64,000 nucleotides of DNA, from assembly GCA_002269645.1 (NCBI GenBank), contig NIVC01000385.1, positions 372,001 to 436,000 of the forward strand, written 5' to 3'. The first letter of the stretch is position 1, and every line of letters begins with the position of its first letter. Below the pieces are notes generated by a model, which was given only the letters and a program-made list of their open reading frames with translations, searched no databases and was not told where the DNA came from. Source of the DNA: Macrostomum lignano. Taxonomy: Eukaryota. The position numbers and the translations under genes were made by a program. Positions 35,801 through 47,557 of this stretch are shown piece by piece.

Positions 35801-38800
35801 CAATACTTAATTAGAGAAGATACGTTAAACAAAATGCGGAATGGATGGCTTCGAAAATACTTTAGTTTTTATAATCTAAACCCCATTTTATCTCATTAAT
35901 CCCTAGCAAACTGAGGAGAGGAAAATTGATAAAAAACGTGAGCCCCCTCTTATACTGGGTGAACAAGCGGGCCAGAGTCATTGCAGGTAACGCAGGGGAT
36001 GAAAATAGGAAAGTGACTCTAAAACGACTCTAAAACGACGAGATGTCACAGTAAAGTCTCCAAATAATCGCCAGAGTCACCTACGAGTAAGAGTCAATTC
36101 GAGGCATTTTTATTGTCTGCGACTCTGAAACGACTCTGGGACGCTTCGATCTATAATGACTCTGTGGCCGTAGAGTCGTACCTGAGGCGTGCCAGAATCG
36201 CTGTAGAATCACCGAGTTGCGTTAGAAGCGCATCTGCGTCAGTTTATAAATTAGAACCGCATTTCGCATTTATAACAACTCTATTTAGTCTAGTTGTTGA
36301 GTTAGTAGAAAGTTAAAACGCCAACGCAACGACTATTGGACAACTTTTTCGTGACTCTCTTACGATTCTGCAACTCACATGATGCATTTTTAACTTAACA
36401 GTCGCCTCTCTATCGCATAACAGTGGTTTGAGTTGTTAAAAAGTCACACGAGTCGCCAAAGAGTCGCTAGAGTCACTAGTAAGTTGTTTGCAATTGCTCT
36501 TTAGCGATTCTGGCTGGTAACGGTAACGCACTCAACGGGTCCCTCATTATAGGTACGGTTGCGCATTAACGACATCTTAACCCTAAGGAATTTGTTAGCG
36601 GTATTATAAACCAACCTTATCCGGCAGATTAACCACGGGCGCAAATTCAACAGACGGTTCGAAGCTCTCAGGATTGTCAGCTGAATCGTCAGCAGCAGCA
36701 GCGGCAGAGGCAGACGCAGTGCCGGCTGCAGCAACAGCCGGCGACGGAGGCCCACCAGCAGCGGTAGCCGTTGCCGCTGGCGACTTTGACGAGCCAAAGT
36801 TCAACCCGCTAAAGCTGACGCCGCCGAAGCCGGCAAAACTGGCGGGAGCAGCGGCAGTGGCGGTGGAAGACGCGGCGGCAGAAGATTTCGGCGGCATGCC
36901 GAATGAAAAACCGGCGAATGGCGCCGGAGCGGCGGTAGTTGATGATGCTGCTGATGATGAAGCTGCGGCCAAGCCGATAGGGGCGGCAGTAGAAACTGCC
37001 GGCTTGCTGGCGGAAGAGCCAAAGGAGAAAATGGATAAGGGCGAGGCTGAGCTGCTGGGAGCGGCGGCGCCCGCACCGACGGAGGCCGTCGGCTTGCTGA
37101 CTTGCTGACTGCCGCCGCCGAACGACATTCCACCGAAGGAGAACAGCGGCTGAGCAGAAGACACCGTGGTGGCAGTTGACGAGGCCGGAGCGGCGTGGGT
37201 GGCGGGACTCGCCGAGGCAGCAGGGGCGCCAGGCTTGGCAGTGGAGCAGCAGGGACACGTGGCCTGGTCCTTTGTGTTCTGAACTGCGCATGTCGGGCAG
37301 GACCAGCTGCCTGGTGGCGGCTTCAGCCGGTCCAGGAGGCTGGGAACTGAGCTTGATGAGGCTGCAGCCGCTGGAGCGGCCTTGCTATCACTAGGAGCAG
37401 CAGCTGATGGAGCCACCTGCTTTCCAGACTGCAGAGCCTTCTGACTCTCGGTGAACTTGGCGGTGAACTCAGCCAGCTGCTCAGGCGTTTTGAACCTGGC
37501 GCACAGAATCTCCATCTTGGCCTCGCCGTCAGAGAAATCGTTGGCAGTCCAGGACACGGCGTTGGCGACATTCTGCACCTCCTTCAGCTTCATTGCCGCA
37601 TCAATCCAGTGATTGGCGCACAGCTTCTTCACCTGATCGCGCCGCATCACAATTCGGTATTTGGCTCCGCCTTCGCTCTGCAGAATCTTCAGCTCGCCGA
37701 TGCCGCGGGACTTCCACTCGCCCTGCACGAATCGGTAGAGGGCGGCCCGCTCCGCGAACAGCCGCACGTCCGACTCCTCGCCAGTCTTCACCTCCACCTT
37801 GAGAAAACCGGAAAATATCAATTATTGCTTCGCATATGTTTCGAGCTTGTGAAAGAGACCTTAGATTGGGGGTTTGGTAATTTTTTTTTACCTCTAGGGT
37901 CAGATGAGGGATGAGAGGAGATTTAGGAGAGGAGAAAAAAGAGAAGAGAAGAGAGATGAGAAGAGACAAACCATAAGCGGGCCGGATTGAGAGGCTTCGC
38001 CGGCCGACCCCTGCCTCATATAGATAGTCTGACCTTGTGGGGTAAGCCTTAATGACAGCCCCTAAGATATAGTTTACACAAACCTTATCGGGCAGATTAA
38101 CAACTGGCGTAAATTCAATCGACGGTTCGAAACTCTCCGGATGATCGGCCGAATCGTCTTTATCCGCCGCTGCAGCCGCCGATGAGGAAGTTGCCGGCGC
38201 GGTCGCGGCGGCAGCTGTGGGACCGCTCTTAATGCCAAACGACAGGCCAGACTGCATTGATGGCGATTGCTGCTGCTGTTGCTGTTGCTGCGGCGGCGTT
38301 GCTTTGCTACCGAAACCAAAAAACGACAACGGATTCTGGGGCGGTGCTTTACCACCAGAATCGGTAGAAACAGCTGCCGCAGCCGAAGTCGGCACCGGCT
38401 TGATGACTAACTGAGGCTTCGGCGTTGATGACTGTTGAACAGCCGCCGAAGGTGCTGACGGAGGAGGCTGACGCGGCGACGACACGCCAAACACTGGCGG
38501 AGTCGGCAGCAGGCCAGGCCTAGCTGACAGAGTAAACGGAGTCGGCTGCTGTTGCGGTTGCATTGGCGGCCGGCCTGAAGCCGACAGAACAGCGGCCGCG
38601 GCGGCAGCGGCCGCGGTTGGCGGCTGGCCAAAGAGGCTACCGCCGATGCTGAAGAAGCCTTGAGCGGATGCGGTCGGTAGCTGCGATTGCTGCTTCTGCT
38701 GTCTGTACACCTCGGCGCCGACCTCGTCCATCTCGCCGCCGGCATCTTCTCTATCATCATTATCGTCGTCGTCATCGTAGGCGATATCTTTGATGGCTCC

Positions 38801-38976
38801 GGTGGGTGTTCGGCCAATCATTAGCGAAGCAGCAGCGGTGTGCGGCGGAATCAGCGGCTGCGGATGCGGTTGAGCCAGAGAAGGCCGCAGGGCGCCAATC
38901 TGTTGGTGATGATAGGCGGCGGCTGCGGCAGCTGCTGCGGCTGCGGCCGTAGCGTTGGGGCCCTGCAGATAGAACT

Positions 38977-39007
<31 letters not shown>

Positions 39008-39064
39008 AGGCTGATGCTGATGGTGCAAAGCCATAGCCGGCGACTGGTGCTGCATAGCGTGAAT

Positions 39065-39097
<33 letters not shown>

Positions 39098-42000
39098 TTG
39101 CAATCTCATTTCGGCAATGCAGCGCTCTAATTGTTCAATTTTATTAGCCTCCTGACGCTGCTGACTCATCATACGAATCAGATCCTGATTACTAGCCATT
39201 AACTGTTTATTCTGCTCCATCAGTTGACGATTCTGATCAATTAGCTGGTTGACAACTTTGTCATTAGCTGCGCTAATTGATCTAACAACAGAGTCCACTC
39301 GGTCTGGCGTTAGACGAGGCTGATAGGATCTGTGGTGCTGGGCAGTTGGAGTGAATGGAGTTGACAGCTGAGGAATCTGCTGCTGCTGCTGCTGCATCGA
39401 GACGCCGTTAGTAAGCACAGACTGGCTAGCGGGGGCCGAGGCAGCAATATCCAGACGTTCCTCAACCTCTTCTAGCGTGGCGCAAATATCAGCGTGCAAC
39501 GGATGCGCCTGACTGTTCCAGGTGCGGTCCATGGCTTCGCGAAGCTTGTCGCGCGATTTTACTAGCAGAGCTCGCTGATCTGACGGCGATCTGGTCTGGT
39601 CCGCTGCAGGTTATTAATAATTGGTTAATTGCGTTTGGTTAGCCTTTGTTAGTAAAATATGAATTTCTAGATTGACCCAGCACCCTCAGATTCACTCTTT
39701 TAAGCACCTCTATATCCACTTTTTTAAGTAACCTTAGATTAACTATTTTAAGCAACCTTAGATTAACTCTTTTAAGTAACCTTAGATTAACTCTTTTAAG
39801 TAACCTTAGATTAACTATTTTAAGTAACCTTAGATTTACTCTTTTAAGTAACCTTAGATTCACTCTTTTAAGTAACCTTAGATTCACTCTTTTAAGTAAC
39901 CTTAGATTCACTCTTTTTAGCACTCTTAGATTCTTCCCGCTTCAAGCAACCTTAGATTCACTATTTTAAGCACCCTTAGATTCACTCTTTTAAGCATTTC
40001 TAGATTCACTCTTTTAAGTAACCTTAGATTCACTCTTTCTTGCACTCTTAGATTCTTCCCTCTTTAAGAGACATTAGATTTACTCTTTTAAGCATCTCTT
40101 GGTTCAATCTTTAAGCATTCTTATATTGAGTATTTAAGCTACTGTAGATTCACTCTTTAAGCACCTTTCAATCCATACACTAAGCACCCTATAGATCCAC
40201 TCTTTAAGCACCTCTGTAGATTTCACTAACTTAAATATCCTTAAAGAACCTTTGGACATTCGCGATTCAATATCAGTAGCACTAGAATACCGGTGGTAGA
40301 TGTATTTGCGCAGACGCAATTTGAAAACTCACAAGCGGCACTCAGCAACAGTTTCCCAGCGTGATACGCTCCCTCGGCAGTTCGCATCTCCGAGTAGAGC
40401 TCCAAAGCCGTATCAATATCGCCATTCTTCTCGGCTAACGAGGCCCTAAACGACAGGCCGTTAGCTAGCCAGTCGTCCAGCTCCGCCCGAGTGCAAGCGG
40501 CCAGTCCGACGCCTCCGCCCATATCGAACATAGCGGCTGGGCGAGAGCTGGCGCCGCCGCTGCTATCCGAGTGAACAATTTGAACTACGCGTTCCCACAG
40601 ACGGGCAGCGATAGCCAAATCATTAGCATCGGCTTCGTCAGCTGTGCTAGTTGCTGGGGATGAAGAAGAAGACCAGAAATCGGCTAGACGAGCCAGCAGG
40701 CGCAGCGGCATCAGGCAGTTGCGCAAGGCTTCTAAACCTAGCGTCAGAGAACGACGCTGGCGAGTGTCCAGTTGAGACGACGAATTAGTTGCTAGGCAGA
40801 CGGCGGCTCGCCAAAAGGTGACGCAATCGTCATAGCCGGACCAACGCCGACTCCAAGGCAGCATAGGCGGCACTGGCAGCTGTTGCTGTTGCTGGCCAGC
40901 GGAATCCTGCGACAGCAGGCAAACAGCCGATAGAAACAGTCGAATATCGACTCTGCTAAGCGACTCGGGACTGCTGACATCTTCATTGAAAATTACGCTT
41001 GTCGAGTCGCGCAGTCGGGGAAATCCGGCCAGGACAAGCGACCGGACAGCGGCGGGCGAACGCCAGCGATCAAGGCACCAAGCTACCTGATTCAAATCCG
41101 TCCAATTGCCATTTACGGCGCAGCCTTCGGCGTCCAAATTCAGCTGCTGCTCTCGGCCTGGCGCTGACAAAGAAATCGATCGATGTAGACGAGACTCGGC
41201 TAGACGCGATCTGGCAATCACGTCGGAAAGTTTAGCGTCCGAGTAAACTAAATCAGCTATGCCGCTACGCCGGGCTGTGGACGATTCGGCAAAAGTGCTA
41301 ACAGATTCGGCTAGCGACGCGCCCGAGGATGACGTCATTGCTGTAACCATGTGACCGGCGATGCTGCGACGAAGTGCCGAATAATTAGGCAAATTATTAT
41401 TAATATTACTACTGTTGGCAGTTCCGCCTTCGCCAGAGCTAGTATCAGTGAAAGCTGCCTGCATCAAGTAGATCAAAGGCTTACGAGCCGATTCAGTCGT
41501 CAGCAGTCGGACAGTTGTCCGTTTGCACAATAAAAAACCGGATAGAGCGAATAATTCGGCGTCCATATCGGCTAGACAGGCCTCGCTAACAGTGCCAGCA
41601 TACTGCTGCAGCATGGAATCCAGTTTGCCAAGCTGATTAGCCAGCTCAGGCACCGAGGCGTTGGACGCAAAGTAGAGCCAAGCTAGCCTACGCTGACAAT
41701 GCAACCGTTGTAGAGCCAGTTTGCCAGAGTCTGCAACAACCGCACCAGACGAGCCACCCGCGTCGGTGACTCGCCCAATCTCTGCTAGCAGACTAGAATA
41801 ACGCCGATACCAATCAATTGAATCGAAATGGCAACCAACTAATTCGGCGTCTAAACAGTTTTTATAAGCTTCATTTAATCGGCCAAGTTTAGTTAAATGA
41901 TCAATTAGTTGAATACGACGATTAGCGTCGCGAGGATTTTTAGCCACCTCGGCGTTGAACAGATCGACGGCCGCCGACGTGGCTGAGCTGCTATTTTTAG

Positions 42001-42460
42001 CTGCCGATGACGGATCGCCAGCCGATGCCAGAAGTCTAGTTTTCAAGGACAACACAACTGGACTACTAGGAAAATTGGTTTCGGCTCTCTCTAGCCACAT
42101 TCTGGCCGATTCCGTATCGCTAAGACTGCCGGCGGCGGCCTGTCTAGTCAGCACGGAACAGATTGACAATATCAAGGATTTCTGACCTCTATCTAATTCG
42201 AACGCCTGCTTATAGGCACACAAAGCTGCCGAATCGTCTTTCATTGCTTCAACAATTTGAGCTTTAAGACAGTGAGCCTGAGCCGAGTCAGGATTAGCTT
42301 TCAAATAGATTTCAACGTGTTGTTTAGCAGATTGATAATCTTTAACGTCAAAATACAGCTTAGCAAACTGATAGCCGCGAGTCTGCTGCTCACGAGGATC
42401 TTGCGATCGGCTTAATATATTAGCCACCTGCTTGTCCACCTGCTGCTTGCTGCGGAACAT
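32837..42460 (-). CDS. RANBP2: RanBP2/Nup358-like nucleoporin, about 2283 aa; exons 42460-40333, 39603-38084, 37797-36616, 35372-34110, 33832-33124, 32886-32837
   Basis: N-terminus MFRSKQQVD..GYQFAKLYFDVKDY..AH TPR/helical domain. Three RanBP1-type domains (VKTGEE..RAKLYR..WKERGVG..MRRDQV.KLC.NH), two RanBP2 zinc fingers (W.CPTC..N...CPCC), FG/FSFG repeats, and the LKLPDYFYAY motif. Exon phases are consistent; the small last exon is less certain. Confidence 0.92.
35521..35686. repeat. 37-46-bp ctaac-rich array in RANBP2 intron 3
   Basis: ctaattaac at 35552, 35598, 35640, 35677. Confidence 0.85.
39680..40245. repeat. 24-bp minisatellite (ttaagtaaccttagattcactctt) in RANBP2 intron 1
   Basis: accttag recurs every 24 bp and decays towards both edges. 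Confidence 0.92.
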
Positions 42461-42694
42461 GGTCAAGCTGATGACTTTTTGAAATTGGATTTTATTTGTT
42501 TTTTTTACGGTTGCTGCGTATCAATTTGATCATGAAATTTTATTAACGTCTATAAAAATCTACACAAGACAAGAGCATTCATCATCCTTAATCATACATA
42601 TATACTAAAACAGGAAAATTATACGCTAATACAGGCCTTATTTACAGCTAATTGATGAAGAGCTTAGCAGCGAAGAGGTGTAAAAAATGGTGCG

Positions 42695-43125
42695 ATAAGG
42701 GGTGTGAAAGTGGTGTGCCAAGGGGTGTGAAAGTGGTGTGCCAAGGGGTGTGAAAGTGGTGTGCCAAGGGGTGTGAAAGTGGTGTGCCAAGGGGTGTGAA
42801 AGTGGTGTGCCAAGGGGTGTGAAAGTGGTGTGCCAAGGGGTGTGAAAGTGGTGTGCCAAGGGGTGTGAAAGTGGTGTGCCAAGGGGTGTGAAAGTGGTGT
42901 CCTAAGGGGTGTGAAAGTGGTGCACTAAAGGGGTGTGAAAGTGGTGTCCTAAGGGGTGTGAAAGTGGTGCACTAAAGGGGTGTGAAAGTGGTGTCCTAAG
43001 GGGTGTGAAAGTGGTGCACTAAAGGGGTGTGAAAGTGGTGTCCTAAGGGGTGTGAAAGTGGTGCACTAAAGGGTGTGAAAGTGGTGCACTAAGGGGTGTG
43101 AAGTGGTGTGCTAAGGGGTGTAAGG
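42695..43125. repeat. 23-bp G-rich minisatellite (aaggggtgtgaaagtggtgtgcc) upstream of RANBP2
   Basis: Direct. Confidence 0.96.
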
Positions 43126-44134
43126 GAAATCATTTGTAGTCTTAATCTGAATCGTAAATAGTAAAGTAAAAGTCGCCATTGGTTGAATGTCAAAAACAAT
43201 ATGACGCCATTCTGATATTTCGAATTTATTTTTCTGTACAAAGAATTAAAACTAATTGAAATTAAAAAATTAACTGTGATAGACACAAACTACAGATTGC
43301 AGAAAAGCTAGCAATGAAGCTAGATTATAAAAAATTATGCGAATATATTAAAATCTACCAAGGCAGTTAGATATTAATAGATCACTACTACATTACGGTA
43401 GACAGGACAGGAAGCAAGTGGTACAAGTAATACTGGGCATAAGGCCAAATTATTCGCATTTAATACTTATAATATCTTTAAAAAAACTACAACTACGCGC
43501 TAATTAATGACTTTAATTTGATTTATTAATCTAATATTTTAAATTAAGACACTCGCGACAAAGAACACTAATTTTACTGAGGGTCGTCGCAGGTAACACA
43601 GGTAAAACCAGAAAGAAGTGACTCTAGAAGACTATAAAACGACGATATGTCGCGGTTAAAGTGGCCAAGGACGTCAATGCGCTCACGTGATGCGCTCGTC
43701 ACTAAACAGGCATCTCTCTATCCTATTACAGTGGTTTGAGACGTTAAAAAGTCACAGCAGTCGACTCTGATCACGATAACGTTTTCAACGTGTTAAATCA
43801 GGGGTTGGCAAAATCTTTGGACCAGATAGAGAATCTAGCGCATGACTGCGGGCCAGAAGAGAGAGAAAAGAGAGAAGAGAAGACACCAAATTTGAGCGGG
43901 CCGGATTGCTATTGTGAAGTTTCAAAGTTTGCCGACTGCCGGGTTAAATAGACAGAACAAAGATTGATTTTGTAATAAAGCTTTTAAACTACACGCTCAT
44001 ATTATAAAAGAAGTCGAATGATGTATAAAAATGAGGATTGCAAAAAAATTGTGACAAAAAATGGTTGAAAAGTTTTGTACCATCTCGATCTAGCATGAAA
44101 AATGAGTTGATTAAATTTTTCTGTTAGAGACCGC

Positions 44135-46696
44135 TTAAACCTGCTTGTGCTCGCTATGCGGATGATGACTGGACTCGTAGTCCAGGTGCACGAAAGCGCG
44201 TTCAACAGCTTCCAGTTTCTCCAATTTGCACTGCAAAGACTCGCCAATATCGTGCGATTCGCGCAGAGTCAACGTCTCCGGCAGGACAATGTCCACTTCG
44301 ACTAAGAAATTATTGCCAATGTGAAATGCCCGAACTGTATCAATTTCCAGTACTAATGGATGATGATTCAAACAGATGTAGGTTAACTGCTTGAGGAAAT
44401 CCGGATTGGCTGTGTAACCTGTGAGCAGACGAACCTGAAATATTTGTGATGTATTTACGGGGGGTAATCGCTGAGATGTCAAGGCTGAGAGGTCAGGTCA
44501 GAAGCTACATGTAGTTTATTAAAAAATTTATTCCATATTCTTTGTTGGCTCCTAAAATCTTTGTCCTTGGTAATTTTACTCGAACAATGCGATTTATAAA
44601 ACTGAAGAATGAATGCTCTTGACAAAAATTTGCTTTCATTTCAAAAGACTCACATAAACAATTTTCGTTCCTTGCTTATTAGCCGCCCCAAAAGAGGACA
44701 CTAGATGCCCTCATATATAGATCTGAATCGTGTACATCATGCACATCATTGCAGAAGACAAGGAAAAAAAGGCACCGAGTTACTAACCTGCTCTTTAAGC
44801 GTCTGCACCCAGGTGTAGATAATATAGATGCTAATACCCAGAGCGCCAATAGCATCGCAATAGGGCCACAGGTATCTAGACAGTACCGTCATGATTAGCA
44901 CGCTAGAATTCGAAATACAATCGTTTCTGTGGTCCTGGGCTAGAGCTTCTGTGCTGCTAGTTGTGCCGAGTCTGCTGCACAGCAGGTAGAGAGTCAGCTT
45001 AATAGCAATTACCGAACCAATCAGGTAGAACACATAGTAGCTGAACACTTCTGGTTCTGAAATTGCAGTTCAATACAGATTTAGGAATCTTAGAGCATTA
45101 CATTCTACTCGTACTTTCATGTATGATGAAGAATTCAAAATGACCTACTGACGCTTTACTGATCCACAGTGCTCCAATGACTCAAGGTGCTTTACGGACC
45201 CACGATGCTCCAATTACTCATGATTCCATGACACTGCACTGACCCATGATTCTGCACTGACCCATGATTCTGCACTGACCCATGATACTGCACTGACCCA
45301 TGAAACTACACTGACCCGACACTGCAATGACCCAAGACACTACACTGACCCAAGACACTACACTGACCCAAGACACTGCAATGACTCAAGACACTACACT
45401 GACCCAAGACACTGCAATGACCCAAGACACTGCACTGACCCATGACACAGCACTGACCCATGACACTACACTGACCCAAGACACTACACTGACCCAAGAC
45501 ACTACACTGACCCAAGACACTGCACTGACCCAAGACACAGCACTAACCCAAGACACAGCAATGACCCAAGACACAGCACTGACCCAAGACACTACACTGA
45601 CCCAAGACACTGCAATGACCCAAGACACTACACTGACCCATAACACTACACTGACCCATGACACTGCACTGACCCATAACACTGCACTGACCCATGACAC
45701 TGCACTGACCCAGCACCTAAAATGCTTTTCCTGACCCATAAAGCTTAGAATGGCCCATACTGTCATGCACTTACCCTTGTCATTGCCGAAATAGTGCATA
45801 GTTGAAACATTTTCGCTGCCGCTGCACCAAACGCAGCAGCTGTCAATAATTCTACTAGCATTGAAGCTAAACACCACCGCCCGACTAGCCGTTGCCATGG
45901 TGATGATGCTTTCCAACGCTTTGATAATAATTTGCACAGTAGACGTAGACATAATTACCGCCAATATCACTATAGACACTGGTTCCAATCTAGTTTTACC
46001 TTGCGGATAATAATACGGATTGCGATTTTTCACCTGGTGATTAGTGATCCAAACAACCACTCCACTAACCAGATCAATGAGCGAGTCAATTAGCGAGCTG
46101 ATTACTGACAGCGAGCCAGACAGGCCAATAGCCACAGCTTTGATAATGGCGAGCGATAAGTTAACAAAGAAGCTCAGCTGAGCCAATCGAATAGAACGAA
46201 CAGTAGCTCGGCTATCAATAGTTACCTGGAATTTGCCATCGTCCATAACAATTTCTGAATAGATTCGATCAAATTGATCAATCAAATTATCCTGACGTTT
46301 GTAGAATTTCTTAACAGATTTGTCAACGCCTTTGCTGCCGGCGGATTTGCCTTGCCGACGCTCGGTGAACACAGCCGGGGGCAGCATCCAGGACAGGCCG
46401 GCGCTGACCCTGTCAAGGCGATCGAAGCCGGGCAGCAAGGAGGAGACGCCGGTACTTTTTAAACTGCCAAGACTGCGGCACTTTGACGGCCGATTATTGT
46501 CATCAACCCCGGCATTGTTGGACTGCTGGGAAGACTGCAGATTTTCTGGCACGCTAGCTGACGCAGAGACAACCCCGGTATGGGGGCGCTTCTGCTGCTT
46601 GCTGCTGCCAGGCTGTATCAAAGCAACTTCTAACTCGCCATTTGCACTACTATCGTCCAGTAGACCGTTAGGCTTAGTACTGCTCATTATTGGCAT
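44135..46696 (-). CDS. Cation diffusion facilitator of the Mn-CDF / plant MTP8-11 type; exons 46696-45775, 45056-44788, 44434-44135
   Basis: TM2 DSLID, YP.GK.RLEP, TM5 AQDHRND, C-terminal DTVRAFH.G..VEVDIVLP..HDIGESLQ.KLE.L..VERAFVH.DYE. Phases 1 and 0 are consistent. Confidence 0.9.
45165..45715. repeat. 18-bp minisatellite (ctgacccaagacactaca) in CDF intron 1
   Basis: Direct. Confidence 0.95.
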
Positions 46697-46839
46697 GAGC
46701 AAAAATTTATATATAATTTAATTGAAATGCATTTTACAAAATTACTTTCAGCTTAGTAGCATGAATGAATACGTAAGCTATTTTATAAGACAGGAAAGCA
46801 AATTTGGCCAGTGTCACATAAAATATACATCATGGCGCA

Positions 46840-47010
46840 GGTAGAACGGTATGTAGGTAGGTAAATAGGTAGCTGGGTAGATAGGAAGGTACAAGGTGGG
46901 TAGATTGGTAGGTGTAGATTATTATGTGGTAGGGGTAGGAAGGTAGTTTAGGTAGGTAGGTAGGTAGGTAGGCAGTTATGGAGGTAGGTAGATAGACAGG
47001 TAGGTATTAC
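46840..47010. repeat. Degenerate (GTAG)n microsatellite
   Basis: Direct. Confidence 0.75.
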
Positions 47011-47557
47011 ATTAGCCAACTATCTTCTCAGCCTATAAATCCTAAACTCGATCGGAGTAAATAAATGAAAAGGCAGTAACAAGAAATAATTTATAATATT
47101 CACGCCCAGCATATTGTGGCTAAGCCAACATGATACAAGAAATTTCCGAAACTAATTTACAGACATAAAATAAGTCATAGGACAATCGAAATATAAAACA
47201 ACGATAATGATACATGATGCATGATAGAGTCAAACTTTTAGGCAATACCCTAATTTTTTAAATACAGCTTCTAGGTGAGAAGGTATTTAAGACCCAATGG
47301 AGGGTGATAAAGACCCAATCCAGGTATTTCAGATAAGGAAGGGTGATAAAGATCCAATGCAAGTGCTTTTTTCTTTTATCGAGAAATCGATAAAGACTCG
47401 TTTAGGTAATTATAAGATTAAGTTAAAGTCTCGCGCAGGTATTAAGAATCAACAAAATAAGGTTTAAGCGGATGCATTAGTAGCATTTAACTAAGGACAC
47501 AACAACACAATGTAAAAAGCAGTCAAGCGAAAGCGACCATAAAACGGTGTTGTCAAA

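Noticed and set aside
39639-39923. LLKRVNLR leucine-rich-looking ORF
   Set aside because: 24-bp intronic array in RANBP2 intron 1; flanking exons join in phase without it.
45306-45774. WVSAVS/TQDT repeat extension of ORF 45386-46702
   Set aside because: Read-through into CDF intron 1 past the gtaagt donor at 45774.
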